DNA of 58,616 nucleotides, counting the filler, from Dugesia japonica (lineage: Eukaryota), in NCBI GenBank assembly GCA_001938525.1. It is 6 parts of 6 records of this genome, joined end to end, with 100 filler letters (N's around TTAATTAATTAA, not from the genome) between each part and the next. Parts side by side here need not be neighbours in the genome. Positions count along the whole stretch, not along the records: positions 17,843 to 27,275 come from MQRL01636682.1; positions 27,376 to 36,815 come from MQRL01642352.1; positions 36,916 to 49,091 come from MQRL01567072.1; 3 more parts are not named here. One strand, written 5' to 3'. The notes below the pieces were generated by a model. That model had not been told where the DNA came from. It made no database searches and worked only from the letters and a program-made list of their open reading frames with translations. Positions 26,262 to 37,776 of the stretch are shown in pieces; position 1 is the stretch's first letter, and the number at the start of each line of letters is the position of its first letter. The position numbers and the translations under genes were made by a program.

Positions 26262-26551
26262 CTTTCAAATATCATCAAAACACTATAACTTCCACAGAAT
26301 ACATTTCTTTCTTCTATTATTATGTTCTTTGTTATAATATCCTTATAGGCTACATCCATACTGTAGACTTGTCTAGAAAGCAATATTTGTGTATCATTTG
26401 TCAAATCATTTTGATTAGATTTTTCATGTAATTCTTCGGAAGGTTTCTTATTTTCAATATACATAATTGTATGAGTTTGCGGATTTAAATGAGGAACTGT
26501 AACATCTGTATCTCTTGCAAATCTTGGATCCGCTGGAGTTGAAGATACTGA
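26262..26551 (-). CDS. FBXW10: FBXW10/CDRT1-like protein, exon
   Basis: TAG|SVSSTPADPRFARDTDVTVP...AYKDIITKNIIIEERNVFCGSYSVL..|GTAAA. EERNVFCG.Y is recalled as characteristic of FBXW10. Confidence 0.82.
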
Positions 26552-27201
26552 CTAAATATAAATAATTTTGTTATATTTTATTATATATTTGTACAGAAAA
26601 CTACGGTTATGATAAAAAAAATCTAATAAAAATACAATTTATGCCACACTTTATCTAATAATGTCACAATTTATTTCAAAGTTTATAATACAATTTATAT
26701 AATTCATACTATAATTTATACTATACAATGTATATTATAATTTATGCTAAAGTTTATACTATTTATATAGCAGTTTGCATTGCATACACTGACGAATATG
26801 CATCTTATCAACTTTCATCTGCAACATAATAACTGAGTCAGTTTTTAATTAATCGCTTAACTAAAAAATGCTTATCAAGCTTGAATGTATCATAAAATTA
26901 TAATTCATAATGTCATTGTGAGTATATATCATTGTATGTATGCGATAGAAACTTGCATACTACTAATATAATTTATGTAATTTAAACAACAACATATACT
27001 ATAAGACTTATGAGTTATAAGTTATACAATAATTTATGCTGTAATTTATACTAAAATTTAACCTACAATTTTATAATTAATTAAACTTATAAATTAAAGT
27101 ATGAATTAAGTATAAATTTTATACGTCAATTTATAATACAGGTTTTGGCAGAAATATATTTAAAAATTTTCAAAATATATGTAAAATTTGTTTAAATTTA
27201 C

Positions 27202-27275
27202 ATGACATGGCACACTTTCAAAAAATGAATACATCGAAAGAACAAACGTTATCCAATGATATTGATGATACTCAA
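27202..27275 (-). CDS. Possible upstream FBXW10-like exon (truncated by contig end)
   Basis: Open frame EYHQYHWITFVLSMYSFFESVPCH|GTAAAT, in a phase compatible with the next exon. Confidence 0.3.
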
Positions 27276-27375
27276 NNNNNNNNNNNNNNNNNNNNNNNNN
27301 NNNNNNNNNNNNNNNNNNNTTAATTAATTAANNNNNNNNNNNNNNNNNNNNNNNNNNNNNNNNNNNNNNNNNNNN
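27276..27375. other. Artificial contig-joining spacer
   Basis: 44N-TTAATTAATTAA-44N. Confidence 0.97.
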
Positions 27376-27407
27376 ATACATATTACATGGAATTTTAATA
27401 TTTTCAG

Positions 27408-27433
27408 CTTCTACAAACAAGAAATATGGAAAA
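27408..27433 (+). CDS. DZANK1: DZANK1 probable micro-exon
   Basis: CAG|..STNKKYGK|GTTAA followed by a 50-nt intron, in phase with 27484. Confidence 0.45.
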
Positions 27434-27483
27434 GTTAATAAAAATTTCTATATTCCTTATTTAAATTGATATCCATTTAATAG

Positions 27484-27650
27484 ATGCCCGAATATCTTTC
27501 TAATTTGAATTTGGAGAATACCAATGATATTAATACAAGTTTGGTTAAATTTCATAAAAAAGAAGTTGAAGATGATAAAATTCCAACAAAACCATTAACA
27601 GATTCTAGTTATTTATCAATGAGATTGCAACGGGAAACCGATTTTTTAAA
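27484..27650 (+). CDS. DZANK1: Double zinc ribbon and ankyrin repeat protein 1, exon
   Basis: TAG|MPEY...SMRLQRETDFLK|GT. RxQRETDFLKC is a DZANK1 motif. Confidence 0.85.
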
Positions 27651-27700
27651 GTTTTTTCCCTTCTTATTGTTATTTATTTATCTTCGGTTTCGCTACATAG

Positions 27701-27914
27701 ATGTATATATTGCCTTGCACCAAGACCGAGTGATCCCTATTCGAAGTTTTGTAATAATTGCGGTCAAGCCATTCCTCCATTACCTCAATCACGTTTACCA
27801 CCACCCGAAAACGGTCAATTAGGTATGTGTATTCATTGCAGATCTACTGTTCCGATGAATATATTCAATTGTTTGGTTTGTGAAGCTCCACTAAATATAC
27901 AAAATCAACCTCAG
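27701..27914 (+). CDS. DZANK1: Double zinc ribbon and ankyrin repeat protein 1, exon
   Basis: After a 50-nt intron: CIYCLAPRPSDPYSKFCNNCGQAIPPLPQSRLPPPENGQLGMCIHCRSTVPMNIFNCLVCEAPLNIQNQPQ|GTTAGT, with four CxxC pairs. Confidence 0.92.
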
Positions 27915-28114
27915 GTTAGTAGTCATTTGTTAATTTTAATAAAGTTTATCGTTTATTTAATTTACAATTAATTTCCAAACGCATAAACAACTTTAATAGT
28001 GAATTTATTTACTGTCTGCAGTAAATTAAAATTTTTAAACGGTTCCATTACAAAATGTATTCATACAAAATATATTAGACATAATATTGATAAAATATAT
28101 TGAACAAAATATAT

Positions 28115-28500
28115 TGATTTTATAATTACAATTATTGCGAGAATAATTGTTGTCGTAACCGTTGATCGTTTTTCAGAATTCGTTAAAATAAAAGCTTCGA
28201 TCAAAATTTGTTTTTTTTTGGTTTTTGATAGTAATTCTATTTCATTAAAATAAGATAAAGCTTCGATCAAAACAAAATTTATTTGTAAAAAAGTTCAAAT
28301 TTTCGACAATAGTCTTCTTCAGGAACATGTTGGCTTCTTGAGATATTCAATGTAATAGATCTTTGTTACTAAATTCTTAAAATTTTATTGGTTTATTTTT
28401 TTAAAATTTAATGATTTTAATTTTTTATTTTTTTAAAATTTAATGATTTTTTATTTTTAAATCAACTCAAAAAATTTTCAAAAAAAATTTTTTTGATAAT
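28115..28500 (-). mobile_element. Most complete copy of the non-coding hammerhead-bearing repeat (PLE/retrozyme-like), in a DZANK1 intron
   Basis: It has an upstream module (shared with 36916-37151), then the hammerhead, a duplicated TTTTGATCGAAGCTTT module and the 3' CAACAATTATTCTCGCAATAATTGTAATT module. Confidence 0.7.
28293..28326 (-). ncRNA. Minimal type-I hammerhead ribozyme (intact core)
   Basis: GTTC-CTGAAGA-A-GAC(TATT)GTC-GAAA-AT-TT^GAAC, with the palindrome AATT as stem III. Confidence 0.85.
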
Positions 28501-28859
28501 TTTTTACCAGAAAATCATCATATTACATGGAAAACATTAGGAACAGGCTACATTTCTACCCTTCACAGAAAGAAANNNNNNNNNNNNNNNNNNNNNNNNN
28601 NNNNNNNNNNNNNNNNNNNNNNNNNATCTTATTTTAATGAAATCTCAAATGCGATCAAATACGATCAACAATTATTCTCACAATAATTGTAATTATAAAA
28701 TCATTTTTATAATTCGACAAATTTAATTTTTTTTTAATTTCAATATTAGAGTAGGATTTATTTTTTGATTTAGATTCCTTTGTATTTTTGTAATCGGTAT
28801 TTTTAATTCCTGAATTTTCGTGAGAATTCATGAATTCATGAGAATTTTGAATATATTGA

Positions 28860-30745
28860 TGTTTATCATGTTTTCAATTGATTTTCAAATTTTTTTAAAA
28901 AGCTATAGATGCAGGTAATATCAGAATCGTTAACATTGAAAATTTAGTTATCAAGATTTTTTGTTAAAATCTTATTTTTTATTAAAATATCAATTGATAG
29001 CCATTGATAATTTAAAGTTTAAAATTCTTAATTTAAGATATTCCACATGATGTTCATACTTTGGATCAATAGTATTCAAGATGTTCAAGAACATGAGATC
29101 TGTGGATTCAGAATTAATATTGAAAATTAATTCAATAATTTTGGAGTCTGAACGAATTTTAATTTTTTTTGGCATTTCTAATTTTAATCCAGTAAGATAA
29201 TTTACGTTTTCGGAGTGATAAAATTGCTTCTCATTGGTCAGAGATAAAATTTTTTATCTTCTGATAAATCACGATTATAATTTTCTGAATTTTTAATTGA
29301 TGCTTTCAAAAAAAAATAATATCAAATTGAAATTTTCAAAATTATTAGTTTTTAAAATATTGCAATTAAAGAGTTTTTATTATTTTTTTAGTGATAGATT
29401 TTTTAAAATGTAGAATTTCTAACCTCTGACATTCTAAAGATAATGACAATTTAAAATTTATTGAACGATATAAAAGCTTCAAGGCTTCAGCATTATTATT
29501 AAAGATTAGTTCAGTTATATTTGAGTCTCTGAATATTTTCAACTCGTTCAGAATGTCCATTTTCAATCCATATAGGTAATTAAGGTTCTCAATTTGATTG
29601 AGCAATATGTTGTCACTAGTAGAAGATTCCTTTTATGGTTTCAGGTAATTGTATTATTGAGAATTCGTGGATTTTTTATAATGAAGTTGATGTCTAATGA
29701 GGTGAGGCTCTTTACAAACGTTTCAGTTTCTGCAGGTTTAATAATTTCATCGAAGTTTATAAAGTTGCCTAAGATTTCGTATAGAAGGTCTTTAAGTTTT
29801 CTTACTTGAATATCACAGTCAGTAGTTTAATTATTGAGAATGAATTTGAAAAAAATCTTTAGATATTTGTTCATCCTTAAAGTTTTTTCTATTCATAATT
29901 TCTTCGCATTTTGTGAGTAGATTGTTGGTTTTGAGGATTTTAAATTTGAAGTTTTCGATAAAATTAATGGTTTCTTGAAAGAGAAAAGGTTTATCTTCTT
30001 CGCTGATGTTAAAGAATTTATCGAATAAAGATTTGTTGTAGAATTCATTAGTAGAGGAAAAATTAGCAGTATTTTCTCTGGTGGATGTTAGATCAATGAA
30101 GTGAGTTTTATTTAAGTTGCTTTGGTGGGTAGGTAACGTGTAAATTGAATTGCTGGTATTGAATTTGTTCATATTTTCCAGATTATTGGATTGATTGTGA
30201 GTGTTGGAGATATTTCGAAATTTCCAAGCAACAGGTGCATTTTAAATATTCATAAGAATATTAATACAGTTATGCATCTGATACGTTTTTAAATCATTGA
30301 GTTCATTGTGAGTAAGTGTCATTTTGAAATTTCATAGCATCAGGTCTATGAGAAATATCAGAAAGACTATACATTTTTGAAGCTGATTGAATTCATTGTT
30401 GGAAATGGAGTCGTTTTGGATTTTTTTAGCATCTGGTCCGTGACATATCAGTAAGTAGATTTATACATTTTTGAAACTGGTGTCTTTTTAAATCATTGAA
30501 TTGATTTTGACTTGGGGGGCTATTTTGGATTTTAATAGCAGCATAATCGTGATAAATTTTCCTCCAAAACGCTATTGCATTTTTCCAACTGATTGATTTC
30601 TAAATTGTTGTTTATTTAAATATCCGCACTAGTAATTTTTATTTCATCGCACAAGCCTTGAATGTCATCGTGAAGTAAATCGCATAACATAGATATCGAA
30701 AATTTTTTTCTAGTTTGTTCGTCGGCAGCTTTCACTAAAATTAGT
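28860..30745 (-). pseudogene. Long interrupted ORF of unknown, probably retroelement, origin with internal repeats
   Basis: Consecutive minus-strand ORF pieces (29831-30172, 29366-29605, 28990-29175) include a duplicated peptide unit and ~90-bp repeats at 30240-30620. Confidence 0.45.
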
Positions 30746-31016
30746 CGAAAATAAATGCTAAACTATTCTCAAGATAAATATGTAATTTTCATTTTTATTA
30801 AATTATGGTTTGACACCTATTTTAAACCATCTCGAATTTCGTACCAGTTCACGCAAACAATAAACGAAAAGCAATTTAATTAGAATTAAAACCCTATTTT
30901 TCATCTCACATCTGCCGCCTCTGCAGCCGATAATTATAAAACAAGATCGTGACATACAGATCACCTTTTGACATGCACATAAAACAATATCACAAAAGTC
31001 AATAGCTAATGATTTA

Positions 31017-31416
31017 TTAACATCCAGGTGTCCTCAGCTCCATCAGTTCTTGAATTATTTGGGCTTCCTTGGCTTCCATTTCCTCGTCCGAAGCGCCAAC
31101 CAGTGATCGAATATTTGTTATCTGTAACTCGACCCTCTCAGTCGACTCCTGTTCCATGCATGTTCCTTCCGAGGGCGCCTGGTCCCTTTTTCGTTGATAG
31201 TTGGAAATTTGTAGATGATGATAGATCTGTAACTTTGCTAGAATCGCCTGCAAATTCCTGACCTCCAAATCCCACTTATCCTTCTAGTGTACCAACATTG
31301 CTTGCACCTCGGACCATTGTATGGTAGATAGAGGTAGATAGAGGTAGCCATCTTCATCAATGTGCGGCAGCATATAACATTCGTTGTTCCAACGAATCTC
31401 CAGAGGTTCAGCCATC
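31017..31416 (-). pseudogene. Interrupted coiled-coil ORF (MAEPLEIRW...), possibly a gag N-terminus
   Basis: A GC-richer frame with one internal stop, E/Q-rich. Confidence 0.3.
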
Positions 31417-32007
31417 TATCATGAAATCAAGAAAAATATTCATCTGTGTAAAAATAAAATAAATGTGGTTAACAAAATAATGACTGCAATCATTTTAAGG
31501 CTTCTTCGGCCTGTGGACTATCATTTCTTCTCCCGCTTCTATAACACTGACCACAAAATATGATTACCAAGAGCAGCCATCTTTTCTCGTCCTTACCAAT
31601 GACTCTAGAAAGAATTTCCCTATCCATCTGTCCGATTTATGAGATTCAGCATGTAGTTCACTTGATGATTTTATCAAATAATTGATTTGATTCAACGTAC
31701 AAAAAATAACAAGAATGGAGAGCATGGACTTATAATAAATCTACTCAAATTTTATTTTATACCAATTAATGATGTACAAGCTAAGCTTTATAATAAATTG
31801 ATTCAAAGATTTTCGATGAAATAAATAAGCTTAGTAAAAATGATAAAATACGAATTGATAATTAGAACACTTTTACTCAATAATTCTTGATGAAATAACT
31901 AAGAATTTAACTTAATGAAAATTAATAAAGTATGAATCAAGAATTAGCATAATTTCATTCAACGTTTTTAATCAAAAAAATAAAAATTAGTAAAGTTGTG
32001 ACATGGA

Positions 32008-33410
32008 AACATTCGCAGCCAAATGGTTTTTTTTCATAAAAATTGAGCTCCCATCCNNNNNNNNNNNNNNNNNNNNNNNNNNNNNNNNNNNNNNNNNNNN
32101 NNNNNNNNNNNNNNNNNNNNNNNNNNNNNNNNNNNNNNNNNNNNNNNNNNNNNNNNNNNNNNNNNNNNNNNNNNNNNNNNNNNNNNNNNNNNNNNNNNNN
32201 NNNNNNNNNNNNNNNNNNNNNNNNNNNNNNNNNNNNNNNNNNNNNNNNNNNNNNNNNNNNNNNNNNNNNNNNNNNNNNNNNNNNNNNNNNNNNNNNNNNN
32301 NNNNNNNNNNNNNNNNNNNNNNNNNNNNNNNNNNNNNNNNNNNNNNNNNNNNNNNNNNNNNNNNNNNNNNNNNNNNNNNNNNNNNNNNNNNNNNNNNNNN
32401 NNNNNNNNNNNNNNNNNNNNNNNNNNNNNNNNNNNNNNNNNNNNNNNNNNNNNNNNNNNNNNNNNNNNNNNNNNNNNNNNNNNNNNNNNNNNNNNNNNNN
32501 NNNNNNNNNNNNNNNNNNNNNNNNNNNNNNNNNNNNNNNNNNNNNNNNNNNNNNNNNNNNNNNNNNNNNNNNNNNNNNNNNNNNNNNNNNNNNNNNNNNN
32601 NNNNNNNNNNNNNNNNNNNNNNNNNNNNNNNNNNNNNNNNNNNNNNNNNNNNNNNNNNNNNNNNNNNNNNNNNNNNNNNNNNNNNNNNNNNNNNNNNNNN
32701 NNNNNNNNNNNNNNNNNNNNNNNNNNNNNNNNNNNNNACATTCGCAGCCAAATGGTTTTTTTCATAAAAATTGAGCTCCCATCCGATTATACGTTTAACT
32801 ATCATGACATTCCTCGTTATCGTCAGCATTTCCCTTACAAATAATTTTCTCGGCCTCCTTCGTGCACCGTTTACATGGACTTTCTTGATCTCAGTACAAT
32901 CAGGTCAGCTCATTTCCGGCTATAAATTTCAGCATCTTCCAAACTCATTTCGTCGACAATTTGTGTCGAAATACACTCCTTTTCTCTATCACAATTTTAC
33001 ACCTAGGTTATTTATTTGTCCAAGTCACTATGCGTTGGAATATTCTCGAATAGATTATCATTATCGCTCAGTACTTTCGGCGGGTAACAATTCATTTGGT
33101 CTGACAATCTTGTTTTGAACAATATTTCATTGGGATTTTTAAATTCAATCGTGCAATTCTCATTTAATAGGCATTTTTTCAACCAATTTCTAGAGCATAT
33201 CACTTTCTTGGAGCATGTTTTCATTTCACGCATCTCCTGACTGGACACATTTCCCATGGCACAACACAATACTCCAGTAGGTTTTCATAGCATAATGGTT
33301 TTCTTCACTTTTACTTATCCGTTTCCTTGAACCATTTTCCATCCATGATGTTATCGCTTATGGGAGCTCGATCAGCTGGCTATTTTTGGCACACTCGGAT
33401 CAGATATATT
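32008..33410. mobile_element. Unclassified DNA-transposon-like remnant
   Basis: GAGCTCCCAT (32773) is inverted at ~33360. A 49-bp sequence is duplicated on both sides of the 681-N gap. Confidence 0.3.
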
Positions 33411-33564
33411 ATTGTGTCATGTTGTTTCCGATGTTTTCCTTGACAAATGAATTAGTTTTCGTTACAGATAGTATGGATGATAACTGATAAAATGTAATAG
33501 TTTTTTGGAAAAATATATTTTTAAAGTAATGTTGCAAATGTTAATCAAAACAAGTATAAAAATT

Positions 33565-34495
33565 AACGATTTTCATCTCTGTAATTGGATTTTATTCTAT
33601 GAAGATTAATTTTTGAGACTAGTCCCAAATGTTTGCTGGTCATATTAGTAATATAAGTACAAACAATAATACAATCGGCCATTTTTAAATCTATACTTAA
33701 AAAATAATACGATATTGCCGTAAAAATTTCATGACCAGTGGTATGAACCTTGAATTCCAAGCAGTTTAAATACTCTTCCTTAATTTCATTTTCATCCCAA
33801 TCTACATATATCCGTAGACTCATCTAATTGAAGAGCATATATTTTGGATTCTTTAATTTTTTTATTAGTTGCTGCTCAACATCTTCGCTCATCATGATTA
33901 TGCGTCTCGCAACTGTGTCATTTGAAAGTGGTATTTTTTTATTTTCCTTGCAAATTTATCACCAAACATTAATTGACAGGCATTGACCATGCAAGGCAAA
34001 TTAGATTTTCTCCTATAGTGAAATATTTTTTCGATTTAACAATTTGAAGTGATATAAAAAAAGAAGCTTTGAGAGCTAACTCATTTTCAGTTCCAAGTGA
34101 TGTATATTTTAGAACTGTTTTCTGAGATTTCAGTTCATTTTCTTTTCCTTTAATAAAAATCCTTTGGCTTACTTTGGTATTTTGGATGTTTGGTTTCCAA
34201 ATGTCTTTTAAGTTTTGCCGGAGCCATAACACTATTAGCTAAAACTTCTGAAAAAACAACACATTTTGGACAATCGTCAATTTTTGTGAATCCATATGCT
34301 AAGTATGAAGGATCATATTTTCAAAGCTTTCTTTTATTTTCAGATAAAGAGGTTACATCAATGTTTAAATCAGTTGTTGATTCTTGACGCTGTGCTGTAC
34401 TTTGCGTCGAACTACTTTGAGTCGCTGTTAAAGCATTTTTGGGTTGATTACTTTCCTCAGCATTCTCAATAGTATTTTTGATAAAAAAATCCATT
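33565..34495 (-). mobile_element. hAT Buster/Charlie (ZBED5/SCAND3-type) transposase pseudogene
   Basis: KYDPSYLAYGF..PKCVV..LANSVMAPAKLKRHLETKH, ALKASF, FTIGENLI, IPLSNDTVARRI, YALQLDES and TTGHEIF. Confidence 0.9.
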
Positions 34496-34900
34496 TTACG
34501 TTGCCTTCTCATAATATGGTGATGTAAGTAAATGCCGGAATCGTTCCTGTGTTGTAAGCTTTGGATCTTCTTTGATAAGAGTCAAAAGAGCTTTGTTATC
34601 CAAATTTGTAGAACTTTTTCCGCGGAACACAGTTTGATAAATACAACTGTAAGCGATTTCCCAATTCCTGTGTTGTAAGCTTTGGATCTTCTTTGTTATC
34701 CAAATTTTTAGAACTTTTCCCTCTACTTTCAGATAGATCAAAATTCCTCACTCTTGAAATTTCGTAACCATCTTTGACATTGATTTAGTGTCAACTCTGA
34801 ATCTGAAAAAACAGTTGAAATTTTTTTAAAAGCAGTTGATCCTTTTCTGAACTCGCATAACAAACAATGTCGAATATGAGCTTATGCAGCTGTCATTTAA
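34496..34900 (-). mobile_element. Mariner N-terminal fragment with internal duplication
   Basis: HIRHCLLCEFRKG and LIKEDPKLTTQE. TTCCTGTGTTGTAAGCTTTGGATCTTCTTTG is repeated at ~34543 and ~34665. Confidence 0.75.
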
Positions 34901-35379
34901 AAATCAATTTTCTTGAATGATTTCAAATATAGATATGAAATTATTAAACGCAAAATATTAAAATGCTAAAACAAAATATCGGAAAACATTTTACAATATT
35001 ACTCCAATAGTGAGATACTTGTTCTCGATAATTATTATATTACTATAATTACTAAGTAGTAATTATACAAGCCAAAAATTTCTACAGTAAAAATTTAAAT
35101 ATCAAGTAAACCAAACGTTCCTGCAGTTTTTGTTTATCAAACTATGAAAGTCAAATAAAATTTAAGACATAAATTTAATAATAAGATTTTATTNATCTAC
35201 ATAGTGGCCGTTATAATGACCAACATTTTCTCAATGGGACACAAGTTTTTAAATTTGAATTTTCTTCAATAGAATTTTTAAGTCATTGTTACAGTTGACT
35301 TAAGATCATCCGAAACATTCTTCATCTTCAACTGCCTGTATCGCTTGACACCTGATTATACTCAAAGCAATCATGTTCG

Positions 35380-35523
35380 TATTTTAACAAAATCGGCAGA
35401 CATTTTAAAATTAAAAAATAGAAATTCAAGTTTATATATTTCATTATTTTTGTTATAATGAAACATTTTCTATAATAATTTCTATTTTTTAATTTTAAAA
35501 TGTCTGCCGATTTTGTTAAAATA
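35380..35523. repeat. Perfect 47-bp inverted repeat with 50-bp loop (MITE-like)
   Basis: 35380-35426 is the exact reverse complement of 35477-35523, with TA at both ends. Confidence 0.9.
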
Positions 35524-35829
35524 GGTTGAGCTTCTGATGAATTTTTCTTTAACTTAAATTCATATAATAAACATGTTATAATTTGCGCCGTTGTCAGTGT
35601 CTGTTATATAACGTTTTATATTATTCAAACAAACCTAAAATAACAAAATAATGTTTTATTTTAATAAAAGCTTGCCTGTGTTATTATTATTTATCAATAA
35701 ATATAAAAATATTGATCGAAAACTAAATATCTTTTTGCTTTAAAGTTTGTATATGAAAAAGCGACAATACTTTCCCCTCAATCTCAAAGCAACATTTTCA
35801 ATCCTTCTGTCGCGATATTGGTTCTTGGC

Positions 35830-36740
35830 AGGTCGTTAACTACACGTTCATATTGATTCCAAATGCTAATAAGAAACCGAGGTTGCATTTTGTACACTGA
35901 AAAATCAAAACTAATGCAGCGCACATAGATTTCAATTTGCGGTGCATTTCGTCAATTTCTGCCGTCATAGTTTCACCTTGATATAAAAAGTTGTAATGAA
36001 CCAGACCGGCTGTGTACCATCAAACTGTCACCATTGCCTTCTTATGATGCAATTTCGGCTTTTGAAAATGATATGCTGCTTTGCCTTTGTCCAACCATTG
36101 CGATGCTCGCTTTCAATGGTTTTATACAATCCATTTTTCGTCGCAAGTCACAATGCAAACAAGAAATGGATTGGTTTTACAGATTCGCCGATCAGATCTC
36201 GTACGAAAAATCGTTTAATTCATGTGGAACCAATTTATCGAGCTTCTGTACTTTTCTAAGTTGACGGAGATGGTATAAAGCTGTTACATGGCTTACGCCT
36301 AAATTCTTCCCAAGCCCCCGAGTTGTTACGCGTGGACCTGCTTCGATCATTACCTCCAAATTGTCCTTGCTAACTTATAGACGTCCCCGACCTTCAATGC
36401 TCTCATCTCCACTCCTGAATTTTTAAAACCAAAATTGCACAGTTTCATTGCCAAATGCGTTGTTGACTTTCCGAGTCGTCTCTTCTGCTTTAGATCCCAG
36501 TTTAAATTCGTATAGGAATATTGCTCGTATTTGATATTTATCTAACATATCTTCCAAAAATAATATTTCACAATAAAATAGTAATAAAAATAAAATATTA
36601 CTTGTATAATGTAGAATTGAATATCCGCTTAAAAATGACATATAGATTAATATATTAAAACAAATTTTCTTTTCAAATGTTCTTTTAAATAATTAATGGC
36701 CAAAGTAATATTTTATAAAACCGCAATTATTTTCTTTATA
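35830..36740 (-). mobile_element. Degenerate mariner (Hsmar1/SETMAR-like)
   Basis: QIRAIFLYEFKLG, KLDKLVPHEL, IVTCDEKWI and KAMVTV. A TIR-like AAAACCGCAATTA is at ~36717-36729. Confidence 0.9.
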
Positions 36741-36815
36741 TATACGGTTTCCTTCACGTTGCAGATTATTATTGATGTTTCGCTGGCAATATTTACTGAC
36801 AGCAGACATTGTCAA

Positions 36816-36915
36816 NNNNNNNNNNNNNNNNNNNNNNNNNNNNNNNNNNNNNNNNNNNNTTAATTAATTAANNNNNNNNNNNNNNNNNNNNNNNNNNNNN
36901 NNNNNNNNNNNNNNN
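36816..36915. other. Artificial contig-joining spacer
   Basis: 44N-TTAATTAATTAA-44N. Confidence 0.97.
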
Positions 36916-37285
36916 TTTTAAAAATTTTCAAAAAAAATACAAAAATTTAAAATTAAAAAATTCTAAGTATAATATATCTAAATTATCTACAAAGACTTTT
37001 TTGTATTAATCAAATAAATTTTTTTGAAATTTTTTGAAATTTTTTGAGTTGATTTAAAAATAAGAATTAAATTCATTAAAATTAAAAGGTAAAAAAAATA
37101 AACCAATAAAATTTCGATAAAATTTAAAGAATTTAGTAACAAAGATCTATTNNNNNNNNNNNNNNNNNNNNNNNNNNNNNNNNNNNNNNNNNNNNNNNNN
37201 NNNNNNNNNNNNNNNNNNNNNNNNNNNCTTTTTTACAAATAAATTTTATTTTGATCGAAGCTTTTTCTTATTTTAATGAAATCTA
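36916..37285 (+). repeat. Another copy of the hammerhead-bearing repeat; the ribozyme position falls in an N gap
   Basis: Both flanks of gap 37152-37227 match the reverse complements of the flanks of 28293-28355. Confidence 0.75.
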
Positions 37286-37776
37286 AATATTTATTGTCCA
37301 GGTATATATTCTCGTGCTTTTTTTGCAAGTAATGCTGGTCTGGAAACCCAACATCAAGATTCAAAATACAAATGTTGAAACTGAAAGTTGTAGCAAGTAC
37401 AATAAATAAACAAAATATAAAAAAAAGAAGGAATGAAGACTGAGATAAGTAAAAGAACCGAATCAAATAATAAATTACACAACGGAATACTAAGAATTAG
37501 AAAAAATATAGATGTCATCAAAGCATATAAAGCAGTTATCAGTCGAAATTAAAAAACATTTAAAATACAGGTTATGAATAAAATAAGCAAAAAAGCGTAA
37601 TAAACAAGATCTAAATAAAAGAAAAAGTGTTATTGAGTTAAAAGCTATAACCAACCAAGAAAATAATCAAACATCCTATGGAAACATAAATATATTTCAT
37701 AAATCAAGAAAACAGAAAAATAATCATCAAAAAAAACTTGAAAATAAAGAGTTCCATCAAAACATCAAAATGAGGT

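Noticed and set aside
19896-27914. FBXW10-like and DZANK1 as a divergent gene pair
   Set aside because: They are separated by an artificial spacer (27276-27375), so adjacency is not evidence of linkage.
28511-28576. Possible next DZANK1 exon (..TWKTLGTGY..)
   Set aside because: It lacks the expected cysteines, its phase does not match the exon ending at 27914, and it is truncated by a gap.
31987-32829. Long ORFs of 243-280 aa (also the ORFs at 24528-24765, 48399 and 58232)
   Set aside because: They consist almost entirely of Ns. The duplicated 49-bp flanks suggest an assembly overlap.
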